Notes: generated from the sequence alone by a model not told the origin. DNA of 19,621 nt from Octopus sinensis (GCF_006345805.1 NW_021824132.1:1-19621), one strand, 5' to 3'; shown: positions 1 to 11,762, counted from the first letter of the stretch. Program-made: numbers and translations.

Positions 1-59
1 GGATATTACAGTCAGCAGAAACAATCCCAGTTCACCTTTTTCAGAGTATTCGAATTAAC

Positions 60-335
60 ATAGAATGGTTGTATACTGTCAATCTAACACGAACGTGACA
101 GTGGGGGGGGGGTACACCACCGCTGTTTAGCCCTAGGAAAGCATCGACGCCTCCTGATGGCTTTGACACATTTTTCCTGTGTCCTTATATACATTTACGA
201 AGGGGAGACAAACACCCCCGGCCGAACGGGCTATATCTAGGGACATGTGTTTCAGGATGATTGTCCTGAAACAGCGGTGGTGTACCCCCCTTACTGTCAC
301 GTTCGTGTTAGATTGACAGTATACAACCATTCTAT
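60..335. mobile_element. MITE-like non-autonomous DNA transposon with long terminal inverted repeats
   Basis: 60-102 is the exact reverse complement of 293-335 (43 bp, ATAGAATGGTTGTATACTGTC...). 107-128 pairs perfectly with 269-290 (22 bp). No coding capacity inside. The ends read AT|AG...CT|AT or TA|GA...TC|TA, so a dinucleotide TSD is possible but superfamily is ambiguous. Confidence 0.8.
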
Positions 336-656
336 CGCCCCACCACCGTACATGTCTCTACGAGAGATTTAGAAATTTAGTATTTCCGAATTAATATAGT
401 TAGCGGGGATTATTAGAAAGGCTTTCAGTTTTCCACGCAGTATATTACAGTGAAACAAATACAACTCCGAACATTCGTAAATTCTATCGGCTGATGGAAT
501 CGCAAGTATTTAATCGCTAATCGCAATCAGAAACTTTTCTCAAAATATTATTCCATGTTATTATAATTACCGCCATAAAATCCTCTTAATAATTTCGAAC
601 CAGAGAGTAGATGTGAAAATGCAACATCTGTTTCTAGCCTTTTTAAACCTCTCTTT

Positions 657-1397
657 CATAGGCATACCTCATCTTACATCGCTAAATGGTTCCAGGAGAC
701 ACGACTTAAGCCGAATTAACTGGTCTCTACGCTAGGCTAGGCCGAATTTACTTGTCTCTAGGCTAAACTGATAATAACCATTCCCAGTTCTGTACTTTAT
801 TTATGAATGCATTTTCAATAATACATGATTAATAAAAACCTATTTTAGGCTTACGAACAAATAACTTTAATTTTCTAACACAGTACAGTAAAAATAAGTA
901 ATCTCGATTTACAAATACAATTTGGCGGTGATTACATTATATCGTGGACGCTTTATTTATGAGTGCGGTTTGCTGTAAGACATGGTAAAATAAAAGCCTT
1001 TTTTAAGCTTAAAAACAAATTCAATAATCATTATTATTTTGCAATAGTAAAAAAAACTAATTCATTTTAAACTTTCCAATACATTCATAGAATTTGGTGG
1101 TTTCTTGATTTCGTGATTTCGTTCACTAAGCTACACTACTTTACGGTGTGTATCTTAACATTTACTGTACATATTTTAATATGATTTTATATGCTTTTAT
1201 TCTTATTTATTGTATAGTAACATGATTTTATGTGATTTTAATGGTTTTCTAATGAGTTTGAGATTCCAATATTTGTGGTGGACAGACGTAAAGTCGAATA
1301 AAATAACTTAATTTCTATTTTTCCATAAATTATTTTTAAAACCTGACGTATAATCGAGAGCGACTTAAATCGAAACAACTTAAGCCGAGGTATGCTT
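657..1397. mobile_element. Candidate old non-autonomous DNA transposon (short degenerate TIRs, subterminal repeats)
   Basis: GCATACCTC at 662-670 is inverted at 1387-1395 (GAGGTATGC), with partial pairing over about 20 bp. Motif CGACTTAAGCCGA occurs at 702-714, with variants at 1361-1373 and about 1375-1387. No TSD found. Confidence 0.35.
795..1030. repeat. Diverged direct duplication, period about 156 bp
   Basis: CTTTATTTATGAATGC...AATAAAAACCTATTTTAGGCTTACGAACAAAT (from 795) aligns with CTTTATTTATGAGTGC...AATAAAAGCCTTTTTTAAGCTTAAAAACAAAT (from 951). Confidence 0.6.
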
Positions 1398-1437
1398 GTA
1401 TATATATATATATATATTATATATATATATATATATA
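1397..1437. repeat. (TA)n microsatellite
   Basis: Direct reading. Confidence 0.95.
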
Positions 1438-2476
1438 GCCTTCTAGCCTATGTTTTTCTACTACAAGTGAATGCCTGTTTGGCTCATTTCAATATTCTGC
1501 TGGATTATGAAGGTGATATGAGGAATGAAAACAATAATTTAATTAAACTAATATCAGGACGCGAAATATACATCTTAACCACCGTTAAATTTCAACTATA
1601 AAATGCAATCATGCATCCAATATCATATCAGTACAATGATACGACTAACCCCTTATCAGTTCCGCAATCCATGCTAGTAACATTCTATCCCTATATATTT
1701 GCGATAATACATAGTATTTGATAACCTAAATTTGGAACTATTTCACATATCACTTTATCAATTTATCTTCCATCTCCCAGACGTTACGAAGCAAGAAATA
1801 GAAGTATTTATAAACTATTCATTAACAGCTACTCTATTACACAAATACTATCACATGTTTATATGTGCACCGAATCCATTATTGATTGCATCAATATTGT
1901 CTAATAAATTAGTATTTACTTTGTTTCTGCTTCCTTCCTTGGTTATATTGACTCCTAGATCCGATTGATATAGAAATTCACTGTATAAAGTTACAAACTG
2001 ATTTATAATTCAGTCGTTTTCCAGTAGCATAACAGAAATGTAAGAAGTATGAAATATTCTAAAATTTTTATAACTTAATTCCCAATAAAAATCGTCATAA
2101 AGTTATCCGTTACCAACCAACATTGATTTCTGTTATAAACAAATAGAATTATTAGATACTCTTTTACTTTTATATGCAATGATCTTAATAAACTATTATA
2201 CAAAGGACTTGATTACCGGATGTTATTTATATAAGAAGGAAAGTGGTCACCATTCAATTACTGGTATAATATATCGTAATTATATCATATCTTACGTTGC
2301 ATTTTTAATTAGATTTTCTCTTACCAAAAGCCAAAAGTGGACTTTAGTCTATAGAATTATGTTAACTATTGTTAACTGGTGTCGCCATAAATACCTTTAA
2401 CTTCTTTTAAAGCACCTTCACGAATGAAATCCTTTTAATATTCTGTATCCAGAACAATTCCAACATGGCAATTTAC

Positions 2477-2690
2477 CTCCTATAACAATCTGTTGAAACA
2501 CAACAGTGATTTTTGGCTCGTTACTTGTAAAATTATCAAAAGCTGGCGACAATAACATGGAAAACATTAAGCGGAACGTAATATAACAGTAATGACAGTC
2601 ACTTTTGAAGCTAAAGTCGATAATGTGACAAATCGTTAAATAAATAGCAAGCCGTCGTCGCAAAATAAGTAATGCAAAAAGTATTTTCTC
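2477..2690 (-). CDS. Candidate exon of an unidentified gene
   Basis: Minus strand: acceptor T10-AG before 2690 and donor GGAG|GTAAAT after 2477. One frame is open for all 71 codons (EKILFALLILRRRLAIYL...NEPKITVVFQQIVIG). No recognisable protein similarity. Confidence 0.25.
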
Positions 2691-2712
2691 CTAAAAAAAA
2701 AACATAATTGAT

Positions 2713-2714
<2 letters not shown>

Positions 2715-2783
<69 letters not shown>

Positions 2784-2883
2784 CATACATACATACATAC
2801 ATACATACATACATACATACATACATACATACATACATACATACATACATACATACACACATATATATACACAATATATATAT
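2715..2883. repeat. Compound (TA)n(CATA)n microsatellite
   Basis: Direct reading. Confidence 0.95.
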
Positions 2884-3206
2884 ATCGGCTAAAATCAGTT
2901 CATTAATAGGTTTAAAAATGAATGATATTAGTGTAAGTGATGAGAATAGTCTTTACTCAAATTACAAAAAAAAAAATTAATTATCTTGAAATGCGATATT
3001 GTTTCACTCAAACTAAATGAGATAAATCATATGGGAATTAAATATCTTTATTCAAACATCAAATATGTATATCATCGCGATATACACATTTAATTATAAG
3101 TGCATGTATATATGCGAATTTGTGTGTATGTGCGCATGTTTGTGTACGTGTGTATGCATGTACGAACGTACGCATGTGTGTATGCAAACGTAATTTTTAT
3201 GCGTAT

Positions 3207-3210
3207 ATAA

Positions 3211-3267
<57 letters not shown>

Positions 3268-3322
3268 ATTATATAAGATATATATAGATATATATATATT
3301 ATATATATATAATATATATATG
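3207..3322. repeat. Interrupted (TA)n microsatellite
   Basis: Direct reading. Confidence 0.9.
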
Positions 3323-4407
3323 CATTGTAGTTAAAATGGTGTCAATAGAATAAATTATTCATTTTCATTTAGCTTTTCATAACTACGAATGAATCAACAT
3401 GTTGACGCTGGCAGAGGAGACACTAATGAAGACAAGCTTTAGCTGTATCAGTTGCCATTTCAGAAGATTGTCAGCATGTATATCATATTTATGTTGATAG
3501 TGATAACGATTATGAAAATAATCAATGATTGACAATATTTTTAATCTACTTCTAGCGAATAACTTCAAATGCTATCGATTCACAATATGCCTTCAGTGAT
3601 AGTACGCAGTTGAGTTGAAATTTCATAGTGTTGCGTTACCTAAGTTGCAAGCACTAATTTCACAGTGAACCAAGTTACATGACATCTAATTGATACCGGT
3701 TCCTATCATCTTGCAAATAAAGCAGCCTTTCAGGAAGAATATACTATAAAAGTATTCATACGAGAATTTGAACTTAGCAATGCAAATCACAAAATATTCA
3801 TTTGTCAGTTCTCTCTCATAACAACGTAAGTTGTGAGTTGTAACATCCACTTCACAGTTACCGAAATCAGTGGGAAACTGATAGTATATGTAATTAAATT
3901 AATCTAATGAACTGAGGAAAATAACTTAAAAGCAGTAGGCTGGATCATTTCGCATCTGGTATAAATGAGATTTGACAGGAAAGTTGCTGTCTGAGAATTA
4001 ATTGGCACAGAGGTAGTCTAAATGCAAATATAATAGCACATATTACAAGTGTTTATAAATTTCAGCAGTTAATACCGTTACTGTCAAATGATTATACATT
4101 CTCCTTGTATGAATTTTGTTTGGAATTAGATAATTGCTTATATGAGTTTAAAATAAATTGATTTCTTTTTTGGGGGGGGGGGCGCATTGCAAAAGTAAAC
4201 AGCTTTAGTATATACTGAATTACTAAAACCGAATCGAACCAAACCCTAAGCCCTTTAGATTTGTAATAAACTAAGAAGCTATTCTGCATTACATCCATTC
4301 CGTAATTGTAGTATTGTTATCGCCTTCAGAACACATTTCTCTAATCTTTTTGTGTCGTTACAATTACTAAACTAAAAGTTGCAACTAACCGCATCTTATA
4401 CATACAT

Positions 4408-4609
4408 ATAGCTAGGACACTCAATAATGAAATCCATCGGGAGGATAATACCGAAGACAAAGATATAAGAACCTACAGTATGGTAGAAACCATAGCCACT
4501 CATAATAAAAATGAGTATTGGTGGAATGTTCCAGTGAAGACTTCAATAAAATGCAAACAACAGATCTGACATAATGATTTGGGATGGAGAAGAGAAACTT
4601 TGTACAGTA
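4408..4609 (+). mobile_element. Fragment of a non-LTR retrotransposon, restriction-like endonuclease (RLE) region, R4/Dong/NeSL-like; frameshifted
   Basis: Translates IARTLNNEIHREDNTEDKDIRTYSMVETIATHNKNEYWWNVPVKTSIKCK, then after a frameshift NRSDIMIWDGEEKLCTV. This matches the RLE motif pattern N-R-P-D-I-x-I-W-D-x-x-x-K-x-C. The match stops at a (GTAT)n array. Confidence 0.75.
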
Positions 4610-4623
4610 CGTATGTATATATG

Positions 4624-4657
<34 letters not shown>

Positions 4658-4814
4658 TGTATGTATGTGTGTATGTATGTATGTGTATGTATGTATGTAT
4701 GTATGTATGTATGTATGTATGTGTGTATGTATGTGTGTGTGTATGTATGTATGTATGTATGTATGTATGTATGTATGTATGTATGTGTGTATGTGTGTAT
4801 ATATGTACGTATGT
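4607..4814. repeat. (GTAT)n/(GT)n microsatellite bracketed by a 10-bp direct repeat GTACGTATGT
   Basis: Direct reading; GTACGTATGT at 4607-4616 and 4805-4814. Confidence 0.95.
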
Positions 4815-6743
4815 CTTGGTTAGATGAACACTGATGCAAGCAATCTGTAATCAAAGGCTTTCTATCAATGACCATATCATCTTTAATTTCAGAACATCTG
4901 TAACAAGGGCCATATTTCCTCTCTTTCTATTTCTAGCATGCTGAGTGTCTACATAGAGACTCTTACGTCGGTTTAAATTTAAACAAGTGGTAAAGTAAGT
5001 GAAATGTTTTTGCTTTTATTACAGTAAGCCATCTCTTTGAAGTAGATTCTGATTAACTTCTAACTTATTTCAGGATTCATTTAAGAAGCAATTATTTTGA
5101 TGTGATACAAAATATGCCTAATTCAAATTTAATAAGTAAGAAAAAAATCTGAAAATTAATAAAGGAACACTATGTAATTCGAACCCTTAATTTTCATGCG
5201 CACAACAACAGTAAGTCCGTTTGGCTGAATACTTGAATTTAATGCTCGTGAATGACATAGTTGCCTCGTTGCTCACATCTCTTTGTTGGTCTTATTCTGT
5301 TGAATGATATTTATAATCGATATCACTTGGATTTAAGGGATGAGAAGCAATCAGACGAAACAATCAGACGAGCTAGTAGTTGCATCGTATTAATGGACGA
5401 AGCATTGTCAAACAGACGAATATCGTTCTGGTTCGTTCGTGTAGTCAAAGGCGTCATTTCATGTAGCTGTTTCACTATCTCAAATCAGTGAGCGGTATTC
5501 CAGCACAGGCTTTACTTAAATCTTTGTTAATGGAGTTAACAACTGATCAGGATCCTATCTAGAGAGTTCAACCTTATTGTTGTGATTTTGACAATGCTAT
5601 ACTTGTCGTGTTTTCATGAGAGATTGTAAGGAGAGGAGGGCATTTTCGTCGATTTTAAGGGTTTAAGTAGTATTTTTCTTTTATGACTTGAGAGGGCCAC
5701 GTACAAATCTGCGATTCGTTCTTTTGTGTGATGCAAAGAGACTATGTTGTTACGTGTCCATTGGTAAATTAATGGAATCAGTGCAGGATTCCCTTGAGAC
5801 ATAGAGGTAGAGTGTGTGCGTATATGTGTGGGTATGTATATATGACGCCTGTATCATACGTGAATGTATATGGTGACAAAAAGAAAGTAATCGATGGAAA
5901 GAGCTGAGGCAAGTACCAAAGGGTTGAGGCAACATCAAACATAAAAATATCTTGGTCAGACCGAGCTCTATGAGTATGCCCTTGACAGATACGTCCTGAC
6001 AAAAATCTTAAAAATTAAGAAATCATAGAAGAAGCTATAAGTGGGTAACTTAACTAGGAATTTCTCAAACTAGATATGGTCGGAAGCTTATGTCAAGTTA
6101 AATGACATTACGTTCTCCAAAACTCTCAGCATCGAAGACCAGTAATATGTGATAAGCGACACAATTCTGAAAGATCTGTTTCTATAGAAACTATATATTT
6201 TGTCACTGGAGAAGACCAAAGATTCAGGAAGGAAGAAAATATCAACAAGGGTTTATATCAGCTTTGAACTGTTAGAAGTTAGAGCAACAGGTTGGTAGTT
6301 GATTATGTCAGTGGAATTATCCTTTAAATTTGATGAAACACATTGCGGCGTGTGCCAAAAGTCGGAACAGTTTCCTAGGAAAGAGTGAGAGAGAAAGAGC
6401 GATTCGTATATATGTTGGTGAATTTGGTGAGGATATGTTAGCCCGAGTAAAACAAAGCGTGCTTTCCATTACAGGTAATTTTTAGATGGTGGTTTCCAGC
6501 AGGATTGTTATCGAGAACATGTCTTAATAGACACACAGGAGTGCAGTAATGGAGTACTCTTTTACAGCTCATAAAAAGAAGAGCAAAGAATATTGATTAT
6601 AAGAGAATAGTTTTAATGATGTTAACAGTTATTGCAAAGGATTTTGAACATATGGCAACATGTTCGGAAAGAACTTAGACGTGTAATTATTGAAAGTTTG
6701 AAAAACATACCACTGTGATAAAAACGCGTGTAACAGATAATAT

Positions 6744-6744
<1 letters not shown>

Positions 6745-6816
<72 letters not shown>

Positions 6817-6842
6817 GCGTGTGCATGTGTGTGTGTGTGTGT
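6745..6842. repeat. (GT)n microsatellite
   Basis: Direct reading. Confidence 0.95.
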
Positions 6843-7280
6843 ATAATAAATTTCATTTTAAATTGGCATATAGTTTATGTTAGATAAGGAAAGAAATTAT
6901 TTATATCTAAGAATTTAAAAGAAATATTATTGAACTATTTTCAAAGTTTGAATATCGAATTTTACAATAAAATCCAAAGTGCTAAAAATAATTACAGAAA
7001 ACATATATATTATTTATATTAAACATTTTTATGGATATAACTGATAAAATAATAATTACCTTTTTTACTCATTTATAATTGAAATAATTTAGAAAATATA
7101 TCATATACGAAAACATGCGAAAATACTAAAAACAAAATTTAATCATTGGTGTCTGATTGAAAATATATCAGAAACACATCACGAGAGACTGTTCACGGAA
7201 TCGTACGCGGATCGTGGAGTTTCTTATCTTTCCCTATTTTATTTCTATGTCACTGTGATGGCCATTTGTCAAAGATATTG

Positions 7281-7340
7281 CCCTCGTAACGGCACAGTTC
7301 CTGGTTCAATCGACTGTGCGGCACATTTTTCAAGTGTTTC
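7281..7340 (+). mobile_element. Possible highly decayed tRNA-derived SINE head
   Basis: B-box-like GGTTCAATCG at 7303-7312 followed by CTGTGCGGCACATTTTCAAGTGT, which resembles recalled octopus SINE bodies. Short and degenerate. Confidence 0.3.
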
Positions 7341-7356
7341 CTTTCATGTCCTATGG

Positions 7357-7838
<482 letters not shown>

Positions 7839-7987
7839 AATATATAAATATATTCTTTGTATATTTATCATATGCTTCTTAACTTATTATTTAATGGAAC
7901 TTCACGTACTGTTATTTTATTCACAAGTAAAGGTATGTATATAAAAGAATCAAAGGTCCTTGCTTTCCGGTCCGTCGCAGGATTATA

Positions 7988-8094
7988 CATTTTGGGCATG
8001 TGAGTGGACTGGAGCAGCGTAAAATGAAGCATCTAGCTCAAGAACAAAGCACGTCGCCCAGCCCGTGAATCGAAACCACAATTTTACGATCATG
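7988..8094 (-). mobile_element. tRNA-derived SINE remnant (head plus central domain)
   Basis: Minus strand reads CATGATCGTAAAATTGT-GGTTTCGATTC (B-box-like, 8077-8067), then GGGCTGGGCGACGTGCTTTGTTCTTGAGCTAGATGCTTCATTTTACGCTGCTCCAGTCCACTCAC, typical of metazoan core-type SINE bodies. Confidence 0.65.
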
Positions 8095-8098
8095 CACC

Positions 8099-8182
8099 CA
8101 CACACACACACATACACATACAAACATACGTATATATATATACATATATACATAAATACACACACATGTTTGTATGTATGCA

Positions 8183-8217
<35 letters not shown>
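8099..8217. repeat. (CA)n-(TA)n-(TG)n self-complementary compound microsatellite
   Basis: CA block on the left and TG block on the right; CATACAAACAT near 8117 is inverted as ATGTTTGTATG near 8166. Confidence 0.9.
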
Positions 8218-8220
<3 letters not shown>

Positions 8221-8621
8221 GTAAAATTACTTCTTATCTGACGATTACAGTCTTTTATAATGATGGAATGTTGTCATTCTTCCATTACAAAATGCGAAAG
8301 AAACAGCTGTTATGAGCTGATATTTATCCATCGTCTGTTATTATTCATTTGATTTATAATACACCAAAGAGATTCACGACTTGTCGGACAACCTAGACTG
8401 TACCAACAACGTACTAATCAAAGTAACGCGTAATTTGGAACAGTCCCTAGGTGCTAAATACTCATAGGGTTGGTTTTTCTCCGTGTACGCAACGGAAATA
8501 TCTCATCTGATACTTTTCAAGTACCTGATTCTATCGTAATCCCCATCTTACTTCTTATATATAGCATGTGCATCCGATATATTGTTAGCAGGGGAACGAA
8601 CCCCTACCACGCTCAAGCGCT

Positions 8622-8677
8622 GGCATCAGCAAGCCAGTCTGGTTTCGGGCTATTTCTGTCTCTCATCAGTATTGGCC
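8622..8677 (-). ncRNA. Degenerate type I hammerhead ribozyme motif
   Basis: Minus strand: GGCCAATA-CTGATGA-G AGACAGAAATAGCC C-GAAA-CCAG A CTGG-CT. Both core boxes are intact and stem III is near-palindromic. Stem II is only partly paired and the cleavage triplet is GCU rather than GUH. Confidence 0.5.
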
Positions 8678-9506
8678 ACCTTGTTTGCTAGAGATGGCAG
8701 TATCTCGCCTCTGCTCACAATATATATTAATTTAAGCGACATACAGTCGATGATTTTGCAACAAGCTAAAAAGCTGGTTATAATAGTTCTCTAAGATCGC
8801 AGTATATCGGATGCAGCCGTGCATCGTTAACCAGCTAGAGGAGATGTCCTCTTGGGGTTAAAAAATCGCCGTAAATTCCGCTCGAACGGAACAGCCATGT
8901 TTAAGTGGCTCTGATCATTACTTGCTGGTACAACTACTGCGATCATTTCTTACAGAGATTTTAGAACTAGCTTTTTAATATGTACACACACACACACACA
9001 TACACACACATATACATATTATCAAAGGTAAAAAATCTTCACAAACTGTTAATCACAGTTTCACGTGACTGTTTGTCAGAAAATTGTGATCATTTGGAAG
9101 AATTAAGTTGCGTGAGTATATGTAACACAATATAATATAAGATAAGCTAATATATAGTCTTTACAGTTCATCGGATAAGCATTTCAATCTGATTGGATAG
9201 CTAATTTCAAAAAATATATATAACGACTGCAAATGGAGGTTGACCATAGCGAAGAAATATGAGCAATCGATAAATCGAAAATTCTTTGCGCAGAAGGAGT
9301 AAATAAAAGAACGGTGTAAAACAGACTAAGTCCAGGAGTGGGAATTGAGAATAATGAAAAAGTAAAAGTCAAAAAGAAGGGTTTCAAATTAAAATTAGAA
9401 TTAAAATTAAAGGTTAAAAGGTGTAAATAAAATAACTAAACAGGCCAAAAATACTTCAAAAGGAAATATATATATATATAGGGCGGGGGAGTGAGAGAGA
9501 GGGAGT

Positions 9507-9558
9507 AAGGCGGTGCTCCAGCGTGGCCGCAGTTGAATGACTGAAACATGTAAAATAA
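9507..9558 (+). mobile_element. 3' tail fragment of an octopus-type SINE
   Basis: AAGGCGGTGCTCCAGCGTGGCCGCAGTTGAATGACTGAAACATGTAAAATAA resembles a recalled abundant Octopus SINE tail. Its first 12 nt match the reverse complement of 14204-14215 with 1 mismatch. Confidence 0.55.
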
Positions 9559-10927
9559 TATATATATATATGTATGTGTGTGTGTGTGTGTGTGAAAGGC
9601 ATTTGCAGGCATGAATGAAAGGCAAAGAAAGAAACCAGCAGGTTTTCTCACGGACTCGAGCCATCTATCAGTTGTGAATCAAACCGCTGCATTACCGATT
9701 TCTCCAAACAGTTTAATGTCCTCTCACTCGTTCAATACAGCTTGTATTTATGTTGTGAACTAATTTTAGTATATATCAACACTTATCGCATTAGGATCAA
9801 AAACAATTTTCTTAGTCACTTTACTGCCTAATGTACAGTCTAAGACAGGTAAACATCACACTTAAATTCGATGTTTATGACAAGAACAAATCACATGAAT
9901 ATGGAATACTGTATCAAGCTGTACACCAAGATTACAAGTTAAAATCATTTACGCCATAAATGTCTTATATAATTTATATTTAAAATCTTGACTATTGATT
10001 CATTTTATTAAAGGCAGCAGCGTTATTGGCTCATCAATGGTTTAGATATTTAGTTATCATGACAGCTTCTTTTGAACGTGATTGTATAAACGATCATTAT
10101 TTCAATTGACGACTGAGAATCTGCCCTAGTTCACGACTTTTACGTTTGCTTTCCTACACTATCTTTTTCGCCTATTCCTATACTTATTCAATTCTTTCCT
10201 GTACGCAGTAAATAATGCTGTCACATTTTTAATTTCTTTGCACGCTCTTGCGCAGAATATTCAAATATTCGACATAAATAACCAACAGACTATTTAATAC
10301 TTGATGTATCAATAAATCGTTGGAGGCACTAAAATAGAATATGAAAGGTATGCCTAAAGAAAATAGAAAATAGCGTATACAGATTAAGAATACCAGAATA
10401 TCAGAACATGTATACTTGTTAAGGATACCAGAATACCTGAATACGAACTAGTTACAGGTCCGAAGTTATTTAACTGATAGGTTGGAATTAATATGAAAAC
10501 TAAAAAGAAACGACCAATGAATTAAAGCTTTTGTAAACAAGTATTACTCTAGATTTTGAATGGAAACATGCTTGATGCTTTGACGGTAATTTTGTATATA
10601 CTACTAATAAATCACAGGTAAAAAATAATGGTTAAATATTTAACAAAAATGTTAAATCTAGAATAAAAGATATTGAAAATATTTATAATTTCACAACATA
10701 ATAACAAATACGTACATCTTTTTTTATTTGCATAGAATTGTTACTAATTATATTTTAACAAAATTGAGACATTTGTTTGAAAACTAGGACAGACATTTCA
10801 GAATAGAATAACGCCCTATAACACTACTCATTTTCATATGACAGCGCTTGTAAGTAAGTCTGCTTGCTTGAGTACGTATATATGCATGCACACAAACACA
10901 TACAAATACACACACAGAAATATATAT

Positions 10928-11135
10928 TTTTCTACTCTAGGTACAAGAAATTTGGGGGGAGGGAGCCAGTCGATTGCACTGACCCCAGTACGCAACTGGT
11001 ACTTAATTTATCGACCCCGAAATGATGAAAGGCAAAGTCGACCTCGGCGGAATTTGAACTCAGAATGTAGCGGCAGACGAAATACCGCTAAGCATTTCGC
11101 CCGGCGTGCTAACGTTTCTGCCAGCTCGCCGCCTT
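10928..11135 (-). mobile_element. tRNA-derived SINE, copy A (tail type ...CCTAGAGTAGAAAA)
   Basis: Minus strand starts AAGGCGGCGAGCTGGCAGAAACG (A-box-like TGGCAGAAACG) and has B-box-like GAGTTCAAATTCC. About 150 bp is near-identical to 11230-11385 and 14750-14882. Confidence 0.9.
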
Positions 11136-11146
11136 TCTAAGACGAA

Positions 11147-11385
11147 ATACCTATTTCTTTACTACCCACAAGGGGCTAAACACAGAAGGGACAAACAAGG
11201 ACAGACAAACGGATTAAGTCGATTATATCGACTCCAGTGCGTAACTGGTACTTATTTAATCGACCCCGAAAGGATAGAAAGGCGAAGTAGACCTCGGCGG
11301 AATTTGAACTCAGAACGTAGCGGCAGACGAAATACTGCTGAGCATTTCGCCCGGCGTGCTAACGTTTCTGCCAGCTCGCCGCCTT
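11147..11385 (-). mobile_element. tRNA-derived SINE, copy B (tail type ...GGGTAGTAAAGAAATAGGT), full length
   Basis: Same head/core as copy A. The different tail of about 85 bp is shared with the copy at 14671-14882. Confidence 0.9.
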
Positions 11386-11407
11386 ACACACAGATATATA
11401 AATATAG

Positions 11408-11422
11408 ATGTGTGTGTGTGTG

Positions 11423-11464
<42 letters not shown>

Positions 11465-11466
11465 TG
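11408..11466. repeat. (TG)n microsatellite
   Basis: Direct reading. Confidence 0.95.
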
Positions 11467-11609
11467 CATTGAAGAAATAATAAACAAATGTTCAGATTTT
11501 GCAACATTGTGAAAATAGATTATAGAAACCTTTGAAGTCAAACGAAGATACAATTCTTTTTTATTTAGGAAAATACAATTCTTTATATTTAGGAAAATTT
11601 TGAAAGAAG

Positions 11610-11762
11610 GAATCAGTTGATACCATCAACTTTGATACTTTACTGGTTTTATATTTTATCCTCTCGAAAAGGATAAAAGGTACAGCTGACCTCTGCGGCA
11701 TTTGAATGTAAAAAGCAGAGACAAAGCCTTTTGCTAGCACTCTAAGGACTTTGCCAATTCAC
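11610..11762 (-). mobile_element. Old, diverged SINE of the same superfamily as copies A/B/C
   Basis: ACTGGTTTTATATTTTATCCTCTCGAAAAGGATAAAAGGTACAGCTGACCTCTGCGGCATTTGAA aligns with ACTGGTACTTAATTTATCGACCCCGAAATGATGAAAGGCAAAGTCGACCTCGGCGGAATTTGAA of copy A. Confidence 0.7.

Noticed and set aside
3383-3568. Protein-like stretches on both strands (e.g. EDCQHVYHIYVDSDNDYENNQ*)
   Set aside because: Short, interrupted by stops, with no convincing exon boundaries or homology.
5600-6520. Possible RTE-type RT relic (DETHCG at about 6333; RVKQSVLS at about 6445)
   Set aside because: Motif similarity is weak and the spacing is much shorter than in real RT domains. It may be an old LINE but cannot be supported.
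8807-8839. Helitron-like 3' end (GATGCA-GCCG-TGCATC hairpin, then CTAG)
   Set aside because: Only a 6-bp stem, CTAG is followed by A not T, and no matching 5' end was identified.
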